From: an uncultured delta proteobacterium
GTDB taxonomy: Bacteria; Desulfobacterota; Desulfobacteria; Desulfobacterales; SG8-13
Assembly: GCA_963848135.1 (NCBI GenBank)
Contig: CAWKCK010000005.1
Span: 372,001-436,000 of the forward strand
DNA: 64,000 bases
Direction of reading: 5' to 3'
The notes under the pieces are model-generated. The model ran no database searches, had not been told where the DNA came from, and was given only the letters and a program-made list of their open reading frames with translations. Position 1 is the first letter of the stretch. Every line of letters starts with the position of its first letter. The position numbers and the translations under genes were made by a program. Below, one piece after another: positions 51,366-62,528 of this stretch.

Positions 51366-53047
51366 TTATTTCTCCTTGTCCCCTTCGGGGCGATCCTTTT
51401 TCAGTTCACCCAGCAGGTGTGCAATCTTACTGGGATCGCCGGCATCGATGCCGATTTCGCCCAACAGGTGGTCCAAAAGAGGCGCCTGGGCCCGGTAGCG
51501 CAGGGCGCTGCTGACGAGCCGATCGGTGAGCCCGCCTTCGCCGTCCGGGGCTCCGCCGCCCACCTGGCGCCGTCAGGCCGTCGAGGTGGACCACCTTGAT
51601 CCCCTCGATCTTCTCCATGGGCTTGACGCTCTCGCGGATGATCGAATCGAGTTTTTCCACCAGCCGCAACCGCAGGGCCGACACCCGGGCCTCGGGGCTG
51701 GCGATATTGTTGGCCTCGGCCATGAGCCGGACCCCCTCGGATTCGACCTGGTTCCGAATTTGATAGGCTTTGGAGCGGGTCTCTTCGGCCACGGCAAAGG
51801 CATCGGCCTCGATGCGCGCAATGTCCGCCTGCTCGGCAGCCACCGCTTTTTCGGTGGCGATGCGGGTATTCTGCCGCAACTGGTCTTTTTCCACCTCCAG
51901 GGCCGTCAGGATCAGTTCCACCTGCTTTTTACGCTCCGCCTGGGCCTTCTCCCGGGCGGTAAAAATGGCCTCTTCGGCGGAAATGGCCGCCGCACGCACC
52001 TCGTCGGCCTTGGCGCGTGCCGCTGTCTCGGCCTCGGAGGATTCGGCCACGGCAATGCTCCGGTGGTGCTCGGCCAACTCGATCGATTTGCGCCGCTCGA
52101 TCTCCATGGCCTCGATGTCCCGCTGCTGCTCGATGCGGTCCTGCTCCAGCTGGCGCTCGGAAGCGATGCGGGCCTTCTCTATCTCCTCGTTGGCGATGAT
52201 ATCGGCCACTTCTGGCCTCACGCTTGCGTTCGGCGCGCTCGCGGACCAACTCCGCCTGTTGCTGGGCCCGGCGGAACTCCAGCTCCTTTTCCTGTGCCAG
52301 GCGGGCATATTCGCTCTCCTGTTCGATATCCAGGCTCTGTTTTTCGGTTTCCAGATTCTTGGTGCGGATCTGGATCAGGGTGTCCTGCTCGATGTCGTTG
52401 CGCGTTTTCTTACGCTGCTCGATCTCGTCCGTCAACCGGGTCAACCCCTCGGCATCGAAGGCATTGGAGGGGTTGAAGTACTCCATGTCGGTCTGGTCGA
52501 GATCGATCAGGCTGGCCGATTCAAGTTCGAACCCGTTCTTGGTCAGGGATTCGGCCACCGCCTGCCCCACGGCCTGAACGAACTGGCTGCGCTGTTCGTG
52601 AAGCATCTCCAGGGTCATACCGGCGGCCGTGGCCCGCAGGGCGTCGACGAATTTGCCCTCCATCATCTCACGCAGTTCGTCGGGTTTGCCCGTCTTGCGC
52701 CCGAGGGTCTGGGCGGCGATGGTGACGCTCTCGGCATCTTTGCGGACACGAATGTAAAAATCCACGGCCACGTCCACGCGCATGCGGTCCTTGGAGATCA
52801 GCGCCTTTTCCTTTTCACGGGCCACCGACAGTCGCAGGGTGTTGAGATGGACTTCGGTGACATCGTGAAAAATCGGAAAAACAAAGGCGGCGCCATCGAT
52901 GACGACCTTCTGCCCCCCCAGTCCGGTGCGAACGAAGGCGATCTCCTTGGACGATCGACGATAAAAGGACCGGATGAACCAGATCCCCACCGCGACGAGA
53001 ACGATCGCGACGACGACCGCCAGGATAACCCACCCGTAAATAGTCAT
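51366..53047 (-). CDS. Flotillin-family (SPFH) protein, frameshifted in this sequence
   Basis: TM, then YRRSSKE.AFVRTGLGG, NTLRL.V, D.MRVDV..DFYIRV, FNPSNAFDAEGL; coiled coil; IIRESVKPMEKIEGIK; SALRYRAQAPL.D. Confidence 0.85.
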
Positions 53048-53143
53048 GGCACTCCTCCTGTGGTTGACAACCCACTCAGCACCGGCTCACCCCGCATCCC
53101 TGCACCGACGGCTTTTTAGGCCAACGGCCGGTCGGGACGACCG

Positions 53144-53977
53144 TTAGCTGCGCTTGATGTTGAGAAATTTTTTGGTTTGGGCCGTGAGGGCCTTCTCGGT
53201 GGGCAGCCGCTCCATCGAGGAGGCCCCGTAAAACCCGTTGCACTGCGGACAGCGCTTCAGGACGTACTCGGCATCCGCGGGCATGGAGATCGGGCCCCCG
53301 TGGCACAGGACAATCACGTCCCGGCGCTTTTTCAGCGCTGCGTCGCTCCAGGCGTTGATCTAATCGACACAATCATCCAGGGTCTTGGCCGTGTCGGCAC
53401 CGATATTGCCGCCGGTGGTCAGCCCCAGATGGCAGACGATGACATCGGCGCCGGCCTCGGTCATGGCGATGGCATCATCTTCGGAGAACACATAGGGCGT
53501 GGTCAACATGTCTTTTTCGTGGGCCAGGCGGATCATATCCACTTCCAGCCCGAAGCCCATCCGGTTTCCTCCAGGTTTTGCCGGAAGGTGCCGTCGATGA
53601 GGCCCACCGTGGGGAAATTCTGCACCCCGGCAAACCCCACGGCCTTGAGCTGGTCGAGAAAATGGTCGAAGATGCAAAAGGGATCGGTGCCGTTGACGCC
53701 GGCCAGGACAGGTGTGTTGCGGGTAACCGGCAAGCACTTCCCGGGCCATTTCCATCACGATGTCGTTGGCATTGCCATAGGGCATGAGCCCGGATAGCGA
53801 TCCCCGGCCGGCCATGCGGTAGCGCCCCGAATTGTAGATCACGATCAGGTCGATGCCGCCGGCCTCCTCGCATTTGGCCGACAGCCCGGTACCGGCGCCA
53901 CCGCCGACGATGGGTTGTCCGTTACGAATTTTTGCGTTGAGTCGATCCAGAATTTGTTGCCGGGTGAAACGGGCCAT
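53144..53977 (-). CDS. TIM-barrel signal transduction (PEP hydrolase-like) protein, frameshifted in this sequence
   Basis: [79 protein letters not shown]. Confidence 0.9.
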
Positions 53978-53993
53978 AATAATCTCCTGAAAA

Positions 53994-56157
53994 TCAATGT
54001 CCGGAAGAACCGGACGGTATAATGTCTAAAAAATGATCGACCAGCGCCTCGGCGAAGGCCGGATCGTTGATGTTCATGTCGAGTTTGATCAGCTGGCGAT
54101 TGGGTCCCGGCCGAAATTCGCTTTCCAGGGTCTCGAACAGCATGCGGTCGGCCGCCGGGTCGTGGAAGGGTTTGCCGGGCGCATCGATCATGGAAACCCC
54201 TTTCAAGGGCAGCAAAAAGCGCACGGGGCCCTCCATCTGGTTGAGCTTAGCGGCAATGAAGCGTCCGAATTCCTGATTTTCCGCCGGGGTGGTGCGCATC
54301 AGGGTCACCTGGGGATTGTGTCGAATAGAGGTTGCGGTCCTTGAATTTCTGCGGCACCGTGTCCATGGCCTCGAAATTAACCATGTCCAGCGCCCCGCAG
54401 GAACCCACATAGGGAATTTTACTGCGGATGATAGCGCCCATGCGATCCTCGCCGGCGCTCATGACACCGCCCACAAGATAAATCGGCCACCTCGGTGGTG
54501 GTGATATCGATGACCCCCTCGAGCATTCCCGATTCGGCCAGTTTCTCCATGGATTGCCCCCGGTGCCGGTGGCATGAAACACCAGACAGTCAAAGCGCAT
54601 TTTCAGCGATTTGGTGACCGCCTGGACGCACGGCGTGGTGACGCCGAACATGGTCAGCCCGATCGCCGGCAGCCGCGAGCGGTCCTCTTCCTGTCGAAAT
54701 CCGATCATGCCGGCCAAGGCATGGGCGGCGTTGGACAACACGTTGGCCGAGATACGGTTGATGCCGGCCACGTCGGTGACCGAATACATCATGCAGATGT
54801 CCGAGGGGCCCACGTACTGCCGGACATTGCCGGAAGCGACCGTTGAAACCATGACTTTGGGGATGCCCACCGGCAGGCTGCGCATCGCCGGGGTCGCCAG
54901 GGCGGTGCCGCCGGTGCCGCCGGCCGAGATGATGCCGCCCACGTCGCGGCGGCCGGCCATGAAGCGGGTGAACGCCTGGGCCATGCCGGCCACCGCCGAT
55001 CCCCGGTCGCCGGTAAACACGGCCCCGATCCCATCCGGATGGTGCCGGGCCACCTCTGTGGGGCTGATGGCTGCCGGTGAGGGTTTCCGCGAGGTGGAAA
55101 GATCCACGGTAATGGTTCGCAGGCGCTGGCGATCCAGACAGGACTTGATGAACAGCAGGTCCCGGGCCTTGGTGTCGAAGGTCCCGACAATGTAGGCGGC
55201 CCGGTCGATGGTGTCGGCCACCGACACGCAGCAATGCAGACGATTGGGTTTGACTCGCCGGCCGGGAGGCGTGCCGTGCCTTTCCGGGGGCCGGGTCTCC
55301 GCAAGGCCGGCACCGCTCCAAAGCGTCGGCGCGGTGGCCCCGACGACGGTTTCGGGGAACGCTTCGGCCGGCGGAACCTCTAGCCGTCTCCTGCGCCTGC
55401 GGTTCTTCGGGGGGTTCCGGCAGGCAGGTCGCTGGTGCCGGCGGTCACGCCCAGCAATTGCTGAAGCAGGTGCTGATCCGCCGCAAGGGTGGCGGCCGGC
55501 AGTTCCCGGGCAATGCGGCCGTTGACGAAAACATAGGCGCGCTGGGCCAGAGACTGGGCCATCTCCAGGTTCTGCTCGACCAGCAAGATGGCCATGCCTC
55601 TGGGAACTCAGATGGCGGCACACCTCTTCCACCCGTTGGATGACCAGCATGGACAACCCCTCGGAAGGCTCGTCCATCATCAACAGCAGCGGGTTGGTAA
55701 CCAGCGCCCGCCCGAAGGCCAGCATCTGTTGCTCGCCGCCGCTGAAGAGGGTGCCGGAGATATGGGCTCTCTTTTTCAATTCAGGAAACAGATCGTAGAT
55801 CGATTCCGGCGACCACTCGGAATTTGTCGCCGCTCGGCGCCAGGCAAAACTCAGGTGTTCATCCACAGTCAAGGAAGGAAAAAGCATCCGCCCCTGGGGC
55901 ACAAACCCGATCCCCAGGTTGGCAATTTCATGGGTCGGCCTGTCCGCGGTTTCCTGGCCGTCGAAAAGGATCGTTCCGGTTCTGGACAGGGGCGGCATCC
56001 CCATGATCGATTTCAACAAGGTGGTTTTACCCATGCCATTGCGACCGACAATGACCACCAATTCTCCAGGGCCGACTTGCAGATCGACGCCCTGAAGGAT
56101 GTGACTCTTGCCGTAGAAGGCATCCAGCTTTTCGATTTTAAGCAATGGTTCAGGCAT
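53994..56157 (-). CDS. LivF-type ABC ATPase fused to a Tm-1-like (UPF0261) domain, frameshifted in this sequence
   Basis: [31 protein letters not shown]; Pro-rich linker; [62 protein letters not shown]. Confidence 0.8.
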
Positions 56158-56168
56158 GATGGAAATCT

Positions 56169-56927
56169 TTATGTATGCCGGCTAAGGGTATAGATCTGTT
56201 GAACCTTTTCATTGGTTTCGATCTGCTTTGGGGTGCCCTCGGCAATAATGGCGCCATGGTGCAGCACCGACACCTGGTCGGCAATATTGAAGGCCACATC
56301 GATATCATGCTCGATGATGACCACCGTAATCTCGGGCTTCAAGCTCATGATCAGCTCGGTCATGAACCCCCGCTCGCCAGCGGAGAGCCCGGCCATGGGT
56401 TCGTCCAGCAGCAGGATCCTGGGTTCGTGGGCCAGGGTGATGCCCAATTCCAGCTGGCGGTGTTCCCCGTGGGAGAGTTCTTCGACCGGAACGTCGAATT
56501 TGTCATCCAAACCAACCCGGCTGGCGATCTGGGCGACATGGCGCCGTTGGTTCTCAAATTTGCGCCAGGAACGAAACAGCGTGGCGATAGGGAGAAGTTC
56601 TCTTTCCACGCGTTTGCCACGACGCCAGAAACAGGTTCTCCTCGACCGTCAATTGTGAAAAAAGGTTGGAGACCTGATAGGTTCGGCCCAGCTGCGAGGC
56701 AATCCGTTTTTGCACGGGCTGCGTCGGGTCAGGTCCCTGCCGAACAGCAGGATCCGGCCTCGGTCCAGGGGGATTTCACCGGTGGCCAGGTTGAATAAGG
56801 TCGATTTGCCGGCACCATTGGGTCCGATCAATGCACGGCTCTCGCCCTCGGTGACGGTGAGGTTGACCTTGCTGATCGCATCGATACCGCCGAACGATTT
56901 GGATACGTTTTGTAGATTCGAGCGCAT
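56169..56927 (-). CDS. LivG-type ABC ATP-binding protein, frameshifted in this sequence
   Basis: KSFGG, IGPNGAGKSTLFN, LSHGE.RQLE, LLDEP.AGL, IEHDID. Confidence 0.85.
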
Positions 56928-56978
56928 TCATGTGATCGAACCCGATGGCAATATTGGCCGTTCTCAGGCAGGTTAATA

Positions 56979-58324
56979 CTAATCGACCCAGCCGTTATTC
57001 TTCTTCAGCTTCTCGACATAGTCTTTACCGAAGTATTTTTCGATCTCCTTGAAATAGGCGGCTTTGTCTCCGGGCGGATAGTCACGGGTGGTGGCGGGCG
57101 CCGCCATGTATTTGTCGGCCATATCGGCGTAGGGGCCGAACTGGGAGACATTGTTATAGGTCTTTAACGGCCTCGTTCATCAGCCGGCCGTCCTTTTTGA
57201 CCACCTTCTTGATGTAGATATTCTGGACCGGGTTGGCGTATTTATCGAAGATAAAACGGGCCGCGCGGCGATTCGTCGGCACTCATTTTCACCTGGCGAA
57301 GGGCGGCGATGAATTTCTTGGGATCATCCACTTGCCCGTTGATGGCCTTCATGGCTTTGAAGGCAACATGCACGGCATCGTAGCCCTGAAGAGCGATGAC
57401 GTCCGGGTAGTGGCCGTATTTCTTCTTGAAGCTTTCGCGGAATTTCTTGTTGGCCTGTGAGGGGTTGCCGTCGTAGTAGTGCAGCGAAGAGTAAACCCCC
57501 AGGGCGGAATCCCCGAGCTCGGAGAGCATCGAGACGATGGGCACGTTGGCCTGACCCAGGATCTGGGGATAGACCTTGTCCAGCCCGAACTGTTTCCACT
57601 GTTTGAAAAAAGCGACCACCTGGGCCCCACCGGAATTATTCAGGACGGCGTCGTACTCCTTGGACATGCGCATCAACTTGGCCATGATCGAGCTGAAGTC
57701 GACGGCTTCCACCGGATGCCAGATGCGTTCGACTTTTTCCCCGCCGTTTTCCAGAAACCCTCTGATAAAACCGGCAGCCTGGTCCCAGGGGTAGGAGTAA
57801 TCCTGCCCGACGATGATAATCTTTTTATAACCCAGATCTTTGGCACAGTATTGGCCGAAATTGAAAATCACCTGGGCACCGGTCCAACCGGGACGAATAA
57901 CACTGTTGGTGGCCTTGCGCATGGTGATGTCTTCCGGGGCGGAATAACCGATCAGGATGGGAACCTCGGGATTTCGCGCCCCCCAATCCACGGCCGCCAT
58001 ACCCTCGTGCCCCAGCGACGGACCGATGATCAAATGGACTTTGTCGCGATTCTTGAGAGAGTCCAATTTGGTGCGCATCACTTCCACATCGGCCTTTGTG
58101 TCTTCACTGAAAATTTTGATTGGCACACCGTTGAATTCATTGTTGTATTCATCAAGGGCCAACTTGATGCCGTTGAGGCAACCCTGGCCGAAAATGGTCG
58201 CCCACCCGGTGATCGGACCGATGGTGCCGATCCGGATCTCCTCCACTGCCGTTGCATTGCCGGCCATGGCACCGAAAATAAATAAAACTGCCGTAATCGC
58301 CACGACCCATTTTTTTGTGTTCAT
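56979..58324 (-). CDS. Liv-type ABC substrate-binding protein, frameshifted near the 3' end
   Basis: Signal peptide; IRIG.IGP.TG, IIGP, QDYSY; C-terminal SPRGPF..D...NPVQNIYI...NVSQF in other frames. Confidence 0.85.
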
Positions 58325-59358
58325 CTTCTTTCTCCTTTCCTATTTAGTGTCCTTATAATATTGAATCCTCGGTATCGCCCTTTGTGGACGTCCCGCCTAT
58401 CCGACGTTCGCGATGAAATGCTGTCCCACAGGCGCTTCAATGCCCCTGCAGCTCCCTGGGGCGCGAACATGATCACAATCAAAAACAAGATACCCATTAC
58501 CAACAAATAACGCTGGGTGATTCCGCTCAGAACAAGGTCCAGAGTTTTGAGAATTACGGTTCCCAAGATCGCTCCGAACAGGGTTTGAATACCTCCCAAA
58601 ATTGCCGAAAGCAGCGTTTCGACGTTGGTGGTCAACGAAACGGAATGAGGGTTGATCAGACCCGGTAAAGTAGGCAAAAAATACGCCCCCGATCGCGGCC
58701 ACGAACGCAGCAAAGATAAACGCCATGTAACGCAGAAGGGAAACCGGGTAGCCCAGCATCGCCATCCGGCTCTCGCTGTCGCGAACGCCGCGCAGCATCA
58801 ACCCGAATGGAGACCGTTTCAATGCCGCCAGAAAGGTGATCACGCCGCAAAAGAAGAACAACTGAAAGAGATAAAACGCGCCTTTTGATTTTTCCGTTGA
58901 AACCCCGAATATCACCGGAGCGAATATGTCGGTAATACCCGAGTCACCTCGTGGTGACAGATGCCCATTGGCTCGCCAGCGCCCAGACGAGCTGACCCAG
59001 CACGAGGGTGAGCATCAAAAAGTATATGCCCCGCACGCGAATCACCAGCAGTCCGGTCAAGGCGGCAAACAGGACAGCCACGCCGATACCCACCAGGGGA
59101 GGGATAGGAAACGGGATCTGATAACGGGTTTGCAAGATGGCGATAAAGTACCCCGATATTCCAAAAAACGACGCCTGCATCAACGAGACGACCCCCAGTT
59201 CACCTGCCAGAAAGCACATACTCAGGGTCAGCATGCCAAAATACATCACGCGGATACACATCATGACAAAATAGTCCGAGGCGATCCACGGCACGGCGAC
59301 GAACAGCACCAGGACAGACAGCCATCAAGAGGGCTTTGGGTATTTGAGGCTGATTCAT
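58321..59358 (-). CDS. LivM-type ABC permease, frameshifted in this sequence
   Basis: G.VSL.QASFFG, RVRGIYFLMLTL, SPFG..LRGVRDSE.R...LG, ILGG..TLFGAILG. Confidence 0.85.
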
Positions 59359-59362
59359 CGGG

Positions 59363-60232
59363 TTAGGCCTTTGTTCCAAACAGCCCATGGGGCCTGATGG
59401 ATAGAATAATGGCCACGGGCAAAAACAGTATGAACAAGGAAAATTCGGGGATATACGCGGTTGCAAAACTATAGACCAGACCGGTTATCAGTGCCCCCGC
59501 GATGGTGCCCCCCAGACTGCCCATACCGCCGATAATGATCACGATTAACGTTAAGGTCAGAATACGCCAGTCCTCACCCACGACCAATATCATGAAGGTT
59601 CCGCCCACCACGCCGGCCACACCGGCCAGAAAAGCCGGACAAGGCAAAAAACGATCGTAAACAGTCGCCGGACGTTGATCCCCAGTGCGGAAACCATCTC
59701 GAAATTATCGACACCGGCACGGATGGTGATCCCGAGGTTGGTTTTCTTGAGGAAACAGCCACAGGGCAACGATGATAAAAATGGCCAACCCCAACATGAA
59801 AATCCGAAATACAGGATAGATCAGCCCGATCACGGGGATGGTCCAGACGCCGCTGAGAATCTCTGGGATTTCAATTGTTTTGGGGTAACCTCCCCAGATG
59901 ACCAGAACCAGGTCTCCGATGATAATAGCCACCGATAGCGAGATCAGTGTCTCTATGAGGTCATTGCCGCGGGCCCATCTCAGCAGAAACTTCTCTTCCA
60001 GAAGGGCCAGGACAGCCATGGCACCACCGCCCGCCAGCAGTGCCAGAAGCCAACTCCCGGTGACCTTGATCACGGACACGCCGATGAAGCCGCCGGCCAT
60101 ATAAAGTGCCCCATGGGTCAAATTGACAACACGCATCAGGCTGAACGACAATGTCAGCCCGCTGGCTGTGATGAACAGCAGCGCGGCCAGCGTTAGTCCG
60201 TTCAGTAATGACATGGTAACGAGGAGCGACAT
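59363..60232 (-). CDS. LivH-type ABC permease, frameshifted in this sequence
   Basis: LFI.ASGLTL.F..M.VVNL.HG..YM.G; LAG.AG; IIIGGMGSL.G...GA...G; RP.GLFG. Confidence 0.85.
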
Positions 60233-60359
60233 CGAACCCCTTAACAGCAATCCCTGCACTTGAGCCGTGCAAGGCGCATCGAATTTCCTGATTGGATGAG
60301 CATCCAGTGGTGGCCACCCCTGGGGTGACCACCTCGGGGAGGGCTGAAGGTCTCGGCAC

Positions 60360-60736
60360 CTAAAACCGATTGGCCTTGAACCCTTCCATTTGTACTTTAA
60401 TGGTGTTTTTTACGGGTTGTCGCTCCATGCTGGAGGCGCCATGAATTCCTGAGACGCCTTGGGCATTTAAAAGGGACGCTTTGGGTACCGTCAGGCATGG
60501 AGATGGGGCCGCCATGGCAGAGCGTGGTTACATCGGGATTGGCGCTATTGCGGCGTCGCATGGCACCTGGACCTTGGCCGAGTTTCTTCCAGGGTCGCTG
60601 CCGTTGTCGCTCCGATGGATCCTATGGTGGTGTGACCCAAATGGACGACAACCACATCGGCTCCCGCTTCGGCCATGGCTTTGGCTTCATCGACGGTAAG
60701 GGCATAACACGGTAAAAGGCTGCGAGTCAATGGCAA
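60360..60736 (-). pseudogene. Degenerate second copy of the TIM-barrel signal-transduction gene (3' half)
   Basis: [48 protein letters not shown]; broken frames and substituted conserved residues. Confidence 0.75.
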
Positions 60737-60939
60737 CAGACATCGGGTCGTACCCGTCTACCGCAGCGTTGGTTCCGTTGAAAAACAGCGGGGTGCATGG
60801 CCAGTCAGAAGGGGATGACGTTCTCAATAAAAACCGGGAAATTGAAGCGAAGTCTTGGCTGAAAAAGGCGGCGGTATTCAAACGATCGTTGTAAATTCTA
60901 CCCCAGTTGAGCGTTTCAAATTATGAAAATATGAAACGT

Positions 60940-62034
60940 TCAATCGGGGTTCAATTTTGAATTGAACAGGTTATCCGATTTCCCTTTCCAGAACCTCTGT
61001 TTTTTTTCAGCCCCCCAGCGGTAACCGCCCAGCTCACCGTTTTTCCTGACCACCCTATGGCATGGAATGGCGATAGCGAGTTTATTGGATGCACATGCAT
61101 TGGCCACGGCTCGAGCGGCTTTGGGGTTGCCAATTTTCTCGGCGATATCAGCGTAGCTGGCGGTAGAGCCGAAGGGAATTTCGCACAGTGCCTGCCAGAC
61201 CTGACGCTGGAATACTGTACCCTTTATATCCAAGGGGAGATTCAAGCGTTGGGACGGATTATCGATGTGGATGAGAATCTGCTTTACCCAGTCCTTCAAA
61301 TCGTTATCACCTTCTATAATAAAAGCATTTGGAAAACTCTCAAGCAGCCGTGCTAACAAATCATCAGGGGTGTCGCCAAGATCTATGGAGCAAATGCCTT
61401 TCTCTGTTGCGCCGATTAAAACCCAACCAAGGCTGGATTTTACAAGTGCAATTTTTATGCGGACGCCGACGGCGCCTTTGCGGTATTGCGATGGCTTCAT
61501 GCCGAGGTTTTTGACGACATGTTCATAAAAACGACTGCTGGAAGAAAAACCCGCCTCGAAAATCGCATCCGTGACGGACGCGCCCTTTTTCAACCGGGCT
61601 CGAACCCGTTTTGACCTTTTTTGCATGGCATATTGCTTGGGCGAAATGCCCATGGCCTTTTTAAAAAGCCGCTGGAAGTGGAAGGCGCTCAGACCCAACT
61701 GCGCGGCCAGATCTTTCAATGGGATATGCGCCACAGCGTTGTCCATCATTCTGCAGGCCTTGACGATCGTTTCCGAAAGGTTGTCGGCGGATTCACCCCG
61801 CCGTGGATGGCACCTCTTACAGGGCCGGAAACCGGCCCGCTCGGCTTGCGCCCAGGTATCGAAAAAACAAACATTTTCAATATTAGGCCGCCGGGAAGAA
61901 CAATTCGGGCGGCAGTAAACGAGTGTCGTCGACACCCCATAGAAGAAAATACCGTTCGCCTTATGATCCCGCTGGACAAGAGCATTCCAGCGCGCCTGAT
62001 CCGTTGAGTATGATTGATTTGCCTCTGGGTTCAC
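60940..62034 (-). CDS. ada: Bifunctional Ada transcriptional activator / O6-methylguanine-DNA methyltransferase
   Basis: YCRPNC.SR, GFRPCKRC, AraC HTH, GT.FQ..VW..L, ARAVA.AC..N...IAIPCHRV; probable GTG start after GAAGGGA; C-terminus probably lacks one base. Confidence 0.93.
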   Translation of the reverse strand: MNPEANQSYSTDQARWNALVQRDHKANGIFFYGVSTTLVYCRPNCSSRRPNIENVCFFDTWAQAERAGFRPCKRCHPRRGESADNLSETIVKACRMMDNAVAHIPLKDLAAQLGLSAFHFQRLFKKAMGISPKQYAMQKRSKRVRARLKKGASVTDAIFEAGFSSSSRFYEHVVKNLGMKPSQYRKGAVGVRIKIALVKSSLGWVLIGATEKGICSIDLGDTPDDLLARLLESFPNAFIIEGDNDLKDWVKQILIHIDNPSQRLNLPLDIKGTVFQRQVWQALCEIPFGSTASYADIAEKIGNPKAARAVANACASNKLAIAIPCHRVVRKNGELGGYRWGAEKKQRFWKGKSDNLFNSKLNPD

Positions 62035-62047
62035 GTGTGAAGTCCCT

Positions 62048-62194
62048 TCACTGATGGCTATAAACAGCGACGATTTGCAAGGCACCGGTTGGTTCTTTTG
62101 ACCGCCGCGACATGATGAGATTCTTTATCCGACCGTCAATAGCCGCCAGTCCGAAAACGATAATCCAAATGCCCTTGTTCGCTGATCTGTTCAT
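62048..62194 (-). CDS. 48-aa ORF between the Ada box and ada (small protein or remnant)
   Basis: Manual translation MNRSANKGIWIIVFGLAAIDGRIKNLIMSRRSKEPTGALQIVAVYSHQ*; RBS GGGAGG. Confidence 0.3.
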   Translation of the reverse strand: MNRSANKGIWIIVFGLAAIDGRIKNLIMSRRSKEPTGALQIVAVYSHQ

Positions 62195-62273
62195 CCTAAG
62201 GTACCGCCCTCCCTTTTCCGTAATCTCATTTTACCGACAATATGACATAAGACGGACTGAGGCTATCCGTTTC

Positions 62274-62286
62274 TTGCGGTCAAATT
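62274..62286 (-). promoter_or_regulatory. Ada box
   Basis: Minus strand AAT-TTGACC-GCAA (A box, 6 nt, B box) upstream of ada; TGtCATATT extended -10 candidate downstream. Confidence 0.6.
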
Positions 62287-62528
62287 AATTTTTATTAAAT
62301 TTTGCATATCAAACCCGTATGAGTCCTCCGCCTGAATCGCAAAAACTAATGCGGCTGCAGCGTCCTGAATATCTCAAATACATGCCATTTCGGTGACTCA
62401 TACGAAATATAATTGCCGGAATTTCCAATTTGGCCTCGTCCCGATAAACGGTTTCCGGTATAATAAACTTTATGATTCAGTGATCTCGTAGTCGGGTGAA
62501 AGTATGAATTGATGTCAGAACGAATAAA

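Noticed and set aside
51526..53119. Long plus-strand ORFs (316 and 449 aa) and similar antisense ORFs in GC-rich genes
   Set aside because: Shadows of the minus-strand flotillin and other real genes; no motifs of their own
48239..60232. Programmed frameshifting or phase variation as the cause of the split genes
   Set aside because: Too many shifts per gene and no consistent slippery motif; sequencing error or decay is simpler
10346..62034. DNA-repair island (dinB, exonuclease, GIY-YIG, recQ, ada)
   Set aside because: Genes are scattered over 50 kb on both strands with no shared operator that I could identify
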